Assembly (NCBI GenBank): GCA_023230025.1
Contig: JALNYD010000001.1
Coordinates: 1 to 43,734 of the forward strand
Direction: 5' to 3'
Length of the DNA: 43,734 bases
Origin: Candidatus Cloacimonadota bacterium
GTDB lineage: Bacteria > Cloacimonadota > Cloacimonadia > Cloacimonadales > Cloacimonadaceae
Shown here: one piece after another, positions 35,846 through 42,522 of the stretch
Layout: the number at the start of each line of letters is the position of its first letter
How positions within the stretch are numbered: the first letter of the stretch is position 1
The notes under the pieces: generated by a model
Told to the model about the DNA's origin: nothing
Databases searched by the model: none
What the model saw: only the letters and a program-made list of their open reading frames with translations
Program-made: the position numbers and the translations under genes

Positions 35846-36907
35846 TTACCAGATGTCCGCCCATTTAGCGATGGCGCTGTTGATTTCGTCACAGCTTTTA
35901 TCTGTCATATCGTTAAAAGGTGCGAAATCGCGAAACTCCCGCAGATTGTCTTTATCTACAAAATCAGGGATTGGCGTCAGAGCTTTGAACTGGGAGAATT
36001 TGCAGGTATAGATCATGCCATCGGCTATGTCTTTCAAGCGGAATTCCTCATAACCCAAAGAGTAAAAGCTGTCATCTTGCAAATCGCCCACCGGGCTGCC
36101 TTGCAGGTCAAAAGCTAATTCGGAAAAGTGTGGACTTACTATCGTCTCGATAATGCCACCCCCGGGGGCCTGTTGGGCAACATCTGCTTTAATGGCATCC
36201 CAGGGATCGTAAAAGCAGATGTTACAAACTCTGTCTCCATACTGATCATAAAGATAGTTGCCAAAGCGGACCGTCTCGAAACTTGTGAAGACTTTGCAGC
36301 CATTCTCAATATTGAAACTCGGTTCGCGATAACGAGTGAAAGCGTGGTGAGAGCCCATGATGCCCAATACTTTGGTTACTCCGGGATGGTGATATGCATT
36401 TAACGCGTCCAGCCAATTCTTTTCGTTGCAGTCTTTCCAGATTAGTTTGACCTCCTCCTGATTGGGTATGCGGTTATTATCGCGGCATATCTGGTTGTAT
36501 AGCTTCCAATTGTATGGATCGTTTAAGCCAACGCAGCGGATTTGATTTGCAGGTGGGTTTATGCGGTTTTGCTGCCAAATCAACCTGAATATATCCTGAT
36601 ACTCCAAGTATCCCCAAAAGGCTTCCTGCCTAAGTGCGATCCGCTTTGCCAGCGGGACGTCGAACCAATCTTTGGTCAGCAACTCGTCGATTAGTGCTTG
36701 ATCCGCCCGACGGCCAAATTCCGTAGCCACTATCGTGATGCCATGATCCGGGAGCAAGGGTATCAAACGATGATACAGCTCAACTTGCTGGCGAATATAG
36801 TGCATTTCTCCCAAAAGCACAATCTCGTGATCCTCAAATTTTCCCAGAATGTAGTCTACTGGTAGCTTTCCTTCATTCATTAGATAGTTGCTAAGAACAC
36901 TATGCAT
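35846..36907 (-). CDS. Hypothetical protein, tentatively ChaN/Tiki/erythromycin-esterase-superfamily-like
   Basis: 'HEIVLLGEMHYIRQQVELYHRLIPLL...GITIVATEFGRRADQALIDELL' resembles the GExH...E N-terminal core of that superfamily. GAGG RBS. GC is closer to the backbone than the rest of the island. Confidence 0.35.
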   Translation of the reverse strand: MHSVLSNYLMNEGKLPVDYILGKFEDHEIVLLGEMHYIRQQVELYHRLIPLLPDHGITIVATEFGRRADQALIDELLTKDWFDVPLAKRIALRQEAFWGYLEYQDIFRLIWQQNRINPPANQIRCVGLNDPYNWKLYNQICRDNNRIPNQEEVKLIWKDCNEKNWLDALNAYHHPGVTKVLGIMGSHHAFTRYREPSFNIENGCKVFTSFETVRFGNYLYDQYGDRVCNICFYDPWDAIKADVAQQAPGGGIIETIVSPHFSELAFDLQGSPVGDLQDDSFYSLGYEEFRLKDIADGMIYTCKFSQFKALTPIPDFVDKDNLREFRDFAPFNDMTDKSCDEINSAIAKWADIW

Positions 36908-37112
36908 AATTCTACCTCGCTATACCATTAACCGTTAATCACTCCATCCTCAGCTGCTTGACCTTAGTCCCGGACATCGAGATATCGTCCCCTTGCAGTG
37001 AATCCACTACCATGACGTCGCAGAGACGGCAAGACTACATTATTCATGTACTTTACTCCCTATCTGTGGTTGGAAATATACCCTAATCTCCATATTTATT
37101 ATGAAGTGCCAT

Positions 37113-37658
37113 TCAGGTGATAATCTCACTTATTCTGAACTTCAATTTTTGGTACTCAATCCCGTCGGTTTCCACCTTGCTGTATCTATCAATTATCTCA
37201 AAGCCAAGGCTAAGAGCAAGCTTCACCATTCGGGCATTACCGTTCCACGTTTCGCAATAGAGAAATTCTGGCTTTTTGCTTTGGAACAAGTACTTAATCC
37301 ACAATGTTAGGGCTTCTTTTCCGAATCCTTTGCCCCAAAAGCTTGTTTCAGCGATGTTAATACCTACTGACAGGAAATCTGGTTTGTTATCGATCAAATA
37401 TGATGTTACCCAGCCTATATGAGAGTCACCCACCCAGATTTCCATTCTGGTTTTGAGCCTTGAAGGTTCCTTTTGTATCCTAAGTTTAAGCCTGTCTAAA
37501 TAGCTTTGGGTGACATTACAGCTACTCTCCCAGGGTGCGTCCCATTTTTGCCATTCTGTTTCAGTAAAGAACCACCTCTCATAATCGTTCATATCGCCCT
37601 GGATGAGGTCGCGAAGAATTACATTTGGTCCTTTGATTATCAGGTTTTCATCGTGCAT
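37113..37658 (-). CDS. GNAT-family N-acetyltransferase (RimJ/RimL-like)
   Basis: 'VGINIAETSFWGKGFGKEALTLWIKYLF' carries the acetyl-CoA-binding Q/RxxGxG/A motif. Length 181 aa. Confidence 0.8.
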   Translation of the reverse strand: MHDENLIIKGPNVILRDLIQGDMNDYERWFFTETEWQKWDAPWESSCNVTQSYLDRLKLRIQKEPSRLKTRMEIWVGDSHIGWVTSYLIDNKPDFLSVGINIAETSFWGKGFGKEALTLWIKYLFQSKKPEFLYCETWNGNARMVKLALSLGFEIIDRYSKVETDGIEYQKLKFRISEIIT

Positions 37659-37730
37659 GCTTTATTGTTCCCAATATTAGTTTACAAACTCCATATATTC
37701 CATACGTGGACACGTCAAGTCAATTATTAA

Positions 37731-37957
37731 ATGGCACCCAAAGTGTCAGACAGCGACCAGTATGACAGATCGACATAAACCCTTATCCGGTGGAGAGATG
37801 CGTAGGACTGCTTTCGGAAAGACGTCATAGTGGTTTTAGACTTCTTTGGACTGATTTGTGACAGCTTTGTGTCAAAGATGAGCTGATTTCAGACTGGTTT
37901 GGAACTGGCTGAATTTCAACAAAATAGACCAGTTGGAAAGACTCGCAGTGCCAGTGG
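37731..37957. repeat. Copy B of the ~227-bp direct repeat
   Basis: Same orientation as copy A, offset 2291 bp. Contains TGACA-N6-TGTCA (37859-37874) and a degenerate TGGCA-N7-TGTCA (37732-37748). Confidence 0.85.
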
Positions 37958-38033
37958 GTAACGGGAGATGTGAAACAATATCAGAACTCTGAAAAGAGGC
38001 TTATGTTGCTTTTGATATAGCGCATATCATAGA

Positions 38034-38639
38034 TCATGCATATTCCAAAAGCAAGCTTGCAAGGTTGTATATTCTTGTGCCTATCTGTGGTAGAAGCCTA
38101 TGTTTTGGATTCACATCGAGTAACCGAGAGTTTTTAATGGCAATATCGGTTTTCGCAAAGTAGTCTATCTCATTTGAACCAGAAACACAGTTCGCATGAA
38201 TAGCCTGATTGATAGCACCCTTGGAACATAATACAGATTCATTATCTTTAACAGAATCTGCATCTTGATAATGCAGCAAGAGCCAAATCTCAAAGCAAGG
38301 ATTTGATAGGGCTACATCGAAATTTCTTTGATAGGCATCATCTACAGTCTTGGCAAGATTGGCACCCCAACGATCGGTATCAATAACTAGCCAGTATACA
38401 TAGTGTGCGGATATATCTGACTCGTTTTTTCTGATTGTTTTCTGGAAATCAATCACATAACCAATGACTGCATCTGGGCTAGAATGGGTTGATTCCCTAT
38501 CTATTACTCTTACTCTCGCCTGAGGGATCTTGTAGAATGAAATAAACTCCTGGAAGTATCTCTGTTCAGTTACGCTACCTTCAGTAAATATGAAGACTTT
38601 TCTAGGAATCAGGTTTTGTGGTTTGCGGGAGTATTTCAT
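38034..38639 (-). CDS. RloB-family (Toprim-like) protein; AbiLii-like partner of the upstream ATPase
   Basis: 'KVFIFTEGSVTEQRYFQEF' and 'SNPCFEIWLLLHY' are RloB signature blocks. ATGA overlap with the ATPase gene. Confidence 0.75.
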   Translation of the reverse strand: MKYSRKPQNLIPRKVFIFTEGSVTEQRYFQEFISFYKIPQARVRVIDRESTHSSPDAVIGYVIDFQKTIRKNESDISAHYVYWLVIDTDRWGANLAKTVDDAYQRNFDVALSNPCFEIWLLLHYQDADSVKDNESVLCSKGAINQAIHANCVSGSNEIDYFAKTDIAIKNSRLLDVNPKHRLLPQIGTRIYNLASLLLEYA

Positions 38640-39946
38640 TCTTCTTCCTCCTGACTTCTGATAACGGGGACTGCTCCATACAAGCCAGCTAAATAAGCTT
38701 TTTGAAGTGATTTATCATTTCGAACTTTAACGTAATCGTATAATGAGTATATTTCCGAAGCTTTCTTAAAGTTCTTTCTGACGAACCAAATTGAATCTCT
38801 TCTAATCAAATCTACATCCAAGAGTGTTGCATCATGAGTTGTAACGATCATTTGTGACTGATGATCTCTATTTGCCTTAAACAAGGTTTTGATAAACAAC
38901 TTGGAAACATTAGAGTGCAGGCTTCGATCGAGTTCATCAACTAGCACAATAGTATCTTGAAGGACTAACGTTAAAATCGGTATCAAATCAAACAGGCGAT
39001 TGGTCCCATCTGATTCTTCCGAAATTTTAAAACTGACTGACTCTCCAGTAGAAGGCATCTTATGTGAAATCTGTATTTTATATGCTTCTCGACTACCTTC
39101 TTGAAGACTAATGGAGTATCTATCATCCTGCTTTATAGTTAGGTTTTTTAATGAATCCAGTTTGAGTTTATCCCTGAGTTCAGTCGGTACTTTATCAAGA
39201 ACCTTATCAGCATCAATCCTCTCCACACTTATATCGTCGATGCCAACATCGCATATGCTCATTAACCGTCTGTATTCATTTAGTAGAAACTCATTGTTAA
39301 GTAGGACATTATACGATTGAAGCTCAGTATCTGGATATATGACTAATATCTTCTTAAACCATTCGTACACATTCCGGAATATATCTACATTCCTGTCAAT
39401 CAACTCTGATAAGAATAGCTTGTTTTCGGGGGTTCCCTTTAGTATAAAACTGATAAATACATCATCTCTATACTTCTCGTATTTCTCGCCGTATCTAATC
39501 TGATTCTTTGCTGCTTGATCGTAGGTCCTCTCATAGATCTCATGTTCCCCTGTAGAGTTGTTTTGCAAAAGCCACTCTCGAGTAATAGTATTAGCTTTTA
39601 TCTCAAACCCAAATCGGTAGATTTTTCGATCAATTAACATCTCAAATTCAAAAAAACTCGGTTTCTTAGGACATTCGGGACAGAGCTTAAAATATGTTGT
39701 TCTGCCTCTCAGTGGATTGGGCTCTTGCAGTACAATAGATGTGGCATAATGGATTGCTTTGATTAGATTTGATTTTCCTGCAGCGTTAGGACCGAATATA
39801 AAAGCTGACTTCAGAATATTGGGAATGTATCTGCTTTTCGATAACCAAAGCTGCTCCTTAAGATTCCCAACTTTCGATGCAAACAAATCCAACGATGTTT
39901 TATCATTGAAGGATAGGCAATTGGCAACAGAAAATCTGATAATCAT
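38636..39946 (-). CDS. AAA_21/ABC-type ATPase (AbiLi-like, OLD-family ATPase-domain-like)
   Basis: Walker A 'GPNAAGKSN', Walker B 'VLVDELDRSLH', H-loop 'VTTHD'. GGGAGA RBS 7 nt upstream. AT-rich. Confidence 0.8.
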   Translation of the reverse strand: MIIRFSVANCLSFNDKTSLDLFASKVGNLKEQLWLSKSRYIPNILKSAFIFGPNAAGKSNLIKAIHYATSIVLQEPNPLRGRTTYFKLCPECPKKPSFFEFEMLIDRKIYRFGFEIKANTITREWLLQNNSTGEHEIYERTYDQAAKNQIRYGEKYEKYRDDVFISFILKGTPENKLFLSELIDRNVDIFRNVYEWFKKILVIYPDTELQSYNVLLNNEFLLNEYRRLMSICDVGIDDISVERIDADKVLDKVPTELRDKLKLDSLKNLTIKQDDRYSISLQEGSREAYKIQISHKMPSTGESVSFKISEESDGTNRLFDLIPILTLVLQDTIVLVDELDRSLHSNVSKLFIKTLFKANRDHQSQMIVTTHDATLLDVDLIRRDSIWFVRKNFKKASEIYSLYDYVKVRNDKSLQKAYLAGLYGAVPVIRSQEEEE

Positions 39947-40073
39947 CTGGCATCTCCCTTGTACACTTAGTGCGATATTTTCACATTAAGTGCATCTATA
40001 TGTTGACCACAAATATGGTCAAGGTTTATTTTGCTTACCAGTCTCCGTATGTGAGATACCTGATGTGGTCTTA

Positions 40074-40355
40074 TCACCCCAACCTCAACTGCATGACCAT
40101 CGTCCCAATCAGCAAGATATCATCTCCCTGCAAAGAATCGACCACCTGAACCCGGTAACCGGCGTTGAAGGGATGGAGTAGCACCTGCTGGTGCTGGTGA
40201 TCGAACTGGATCCGTTTGAGGGTGATACCATATTCACTCCCAGTGTTCATCTTTTTCGGCTTGACCGATACCCATTTGGGTGATAGTCTGCACCTGTGAA
40301 CAACGATGTTAGCCTGATTAGTCAGGTCAAGACATTTATATAGAATGTGAGTCAC
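40074..40355 (-). pseudogene. Possible C-terminal remnant of an S24 (LexA/CI-like) repressor-peptidase
   Basis: 'EYGITLKRIQF...QVLLHPFNAGYRVQVV...DDILLIGTMVMQLR' follows the S24 C-terminal pattern (catalytic-Lys 'xKR', 'L.p.N..Y', 'i.G.Vv'). No HTH and no Ser (GDSM) region are present. The GTG start lies inside an operator-like palindrome. Confidence 0.3.
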
Positions 40356-40377
40356 GATTTGACATTTCAGGTGTCAC
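40349..40377. promoter_or_regulatory. Third copy of the GAGTCAYGATTTGACA...GTGTCAC block (TGACA-N7-TGTCA palindrome)
   Basis: Compare gagtcacgatttgacatttcaggtgtcac here with gagtcatgatttgacaaatgagtgtcac at 35368-35395. Confidence 0.5.
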
Positions 40378-40417
40378 TTTATTCTAAAAATGGGGGAATA
40401 CCAGCCCGAGATTTCAC

Positions 40418-40446
40418 TTGACAGGATATCTCTCTGCAAGTATTTA
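40418..40446 (+). promoter_or_regulatory. Putative sigma70-like promoter for the FN3/T9SS cargo gene
   Basis: TTGACA (40418-40423), 17-nt spacer, TATTTA (40441-40446), 36 nt upstream of ATG 40482. Confidence 0.4.
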
Positions 40447-40481
40447 TGTTAGCATCATAACAACCTATAGTGAGGTACCCC

Positions 40482-42434
40482 ATGAAACCAATTATTCTGG
40501 TTCTTATTTCATTTTTGTTCCTGCTTCCCTGTTATGCTCAGTGGAGTAGCGATGTTGCCAGTCCGAACTTGATATCAGGGGGAACTGGCGAACAGGCATT
40601 ACCCAAGGTCGGTGTATGCACCAATGGTAGTACCTATATCAGTTATTTTGACAATTCCAGCGGTGGCTACAAGGTTTGGTTAAAGCTGCTGGATATGGAT
40701 GGAGTGGCCGTTTGGCCGGATCCCAAAGGTATAGAGATGGCTGGCAGCATATCCGAAACCTGGCTTACGGATTATGACCTCACAGTTGATGGTTCCGGTA
40801 ATGCACTGCTTTGTTTTCAGGATATCCGCAGTGGATTCAACAGCGTTTACATCTACAAGGTCAGCCCTGAAGGAACCCAGCTATGGGGGGAGAATGGAAT
40901 CTGTCTCTCCACCAATTCCTCTCTGGACAGTCCGGATTACACTCCGGTGGTGATATGCACCAATGATAACAGCACATACGTTGCCTGGCAGCATCAGAGC
41001 GATCCCACCCAGGTGATGATCCAGAAGCTTGATCAAGCGGGACAAACTCAATGGCTCAATCCGCTGATTCTCATGGTTCCTTCAGCTTCCACCTCCTGGC
41101 CCCAGTTTGTGGAATCCACCAATGGCGACATCCTGGTAAAGTATTATGTAGATTCCGGCCCCTTCTGGGCTCCAAACCGGGAACTACGGGTGGCCAAAAT
41201 TAACCCGGGGGGAGAGATTCTTTTTGATCTTACAATCTCCGATGCTTATGGCATCGCTGCCTGGACTCAGGTGATTGGTTTTGCTCCCGATGGTTCTGGT
41301 GGCGCAGTCCTGACCTGGCATGACGACCGCGACCTGAACAGCATGAACCAGGCCTACTTTGCCCATATCGATGGGGATGGCATCGTCACAACTCCTGAAG
41401 ATGGGGCTTACATCAGCTCCTCCAGCTTTTACAACCAGTTTTATCCCAGGGTTTCCTGTGACTTTTCTGCCCAGGAAGCCAGAGTGGCAATGCGCATCAC
41501 GGATTCCGGACAGAACCAGTGTGGATTGATTGTGCAAGTATTGGATTACAACGGCAATAGACAGCTTGGGGAGGAGGGATATCTGCGCGAAGCACTCAGT
41601 TACAATGATAATGATCCGCTCTTTGTCTGGAATTATCAGGGTAGATTCCACTATCTACAATCCTGGATGGATACGTCAAATCCCCAGATTCAAACCCTGC
41701 GAAGCGCTCGCAATGCCGTTCCAAACGAGTATAATAGCTGGCACGACGGCCATATTGCCACCACACAAACGCCTAAGTTCCACTTTGATTTTGATTCTCA
41801 TGAAGAAGGCTGGGTGATCTGTGTTTGGGAAGACGGCTCGACTGCGAACGATGTCTATGCCATGCGTTATTGGTACAATGGTAACGTGGGAGCTTGTAAC
41901 GGAGCTCCGGAGAATGTGACAGCTGAGTTCATCCCACCCTCAAGCATCAGAGTGGAGTGGGAAGCGCCGTCTTATTCAGAACCTGTTTCCTATCATGTGC
42001 AGGCCAATGATCTTCTGGAAATGGTGCCAGCCACACAGACGGAATATACCTTTACTGATCTGGAACCAGGTACCTATATTGTAAGGGTGATAGCTATCTA
42101 TCCCGGCGGTGAAGAATCCCCCAGTGATGAGGATTCTATCCAGATAGAGGTTGTATCTGCAGATGATCTTGTCAGCAGCCCAACGCAGGTCTCAATCTTC
42201 CCCAATCCCTTTGCCAGAGATACTGAACTGCGCTGGGACGCTCCAAAACCGGGATTCACCACCATCAGTGTTTACAATCTCCGGGGACAAAAGCTATTTA
42301 GCGAAAGTATGAACCTTGCTGCTGGCGCACAAAGCTACAAACTCCAGACTGAGTCTCTGCCTACCGGGATCTATTTCCTGAGGCTACAAACCGGAACACA
42401 TCTAATCAGCAAAAAGATCTTGAAAATGAGGTAA
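40482..42434 (+). CDS. Secreted protein with a fibronectin-type-III-like domain and a T9SS-type C-terminal domain
   Basis: ATG 40482 (GAGG upstream) gives signal peptide MKPIILVLISFLFLLPCYAQ. 'APENVTAEFIPPSSIRVEWEAP...YTFTDLEPGTYIVRVIAIY' is FN3-like. 'IFPNPFARDTELRW...ISVYNLRGQKL...GIYFLRLQTG' is CTD-like. Confidence 0.75.
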   Translation: MKPIILVLISFLFLLPCYAQWSSDVASPNLISGGTGEQALPKVGVCTNGSTYISYFDNSSGGYKVWLKLLDMDGVAVWPDPKGIEMAGSISETWLTDYDLTVDGSGNALLCFQDIRSGFNSVYIYKVSPEGTQLWGENGICLSTNSSLDSPDYTPVVICTNDNSTYVAWQHQSDPTQVMIQKLDQAGQTQWLNPLILMVPSASTSWPQFVESTNGDILVKYYVDSGPFWAPNRELRVAKINPGGEILFDLTISDAYGIAAWTQVIGFAPDGSGGAVLTWHDDRDLNSMNQAYFAHIDGDGIVTTPEDGAYISSSSFYNQFYPRVSCDFSAQEARVAMRITDSGQNQCGLIVQVLDYNGNRQLGEEGYLREALSYNDNDPLFVWNYQGRFHYLQSWMDTSNPQIQTLRSARNAVPNEYNSWHDGHIATTQTPKFHFDFDSHEEGWVICVWEDGSTANDVYAMRYWYNGNVGACNGAPENVTAEFIPPSSIRVEWEAPSYSEPVSYHVQANDLLEMVPATQTEYTFTDLEPGTYIVRVIAIYPGGEESPSDEDSIQIEVVSADDLVSSPTQVSIFPNPFARDTELRWDAPKPGFTTISVYNLRGQKLFSESMNLAAGAQSYKLQTESLPTGIYFLRLQTGTHLISKKILKMR

Positions 42435-42522
42435 TCCCCTTATGTGGTCAGGCATATCCGCTTCGAGGGCTTTCGCATTGGAAGCTTTGGATGCCTCTTG
42501 ATAACTCAGCTACTCTGGCCAC

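Larger units (their letters stand above)
32369..40400. other. Accessory/defence genomic island, compositionally mosaic, with no recognisable integrase or transposase
   Basis: It is bounded on the left by a truncated GNAT gene. It holds gene remnants (RM C-terminus, S24 C-terminus, ptsN 3-prime relic), two AT-rich modules and repeats. 60-nt spot counts give about 28-37% GC (33241, 34801, 38701) against about 47-52% in flanking genes (20041, 27601). Confidence 0.65.

Noticed and set aside
35440-37957. Integron gene-cassette array with the 227-bp repeats acting as attC sites
   Set aside because: There is no IntI integrase or attI in the window. I could not find the RYYYAAC/GTTRRRY core sites. 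The repeat is also longer than typical attC sites. The cassette-like layout is kept only as a descriptive analogy.
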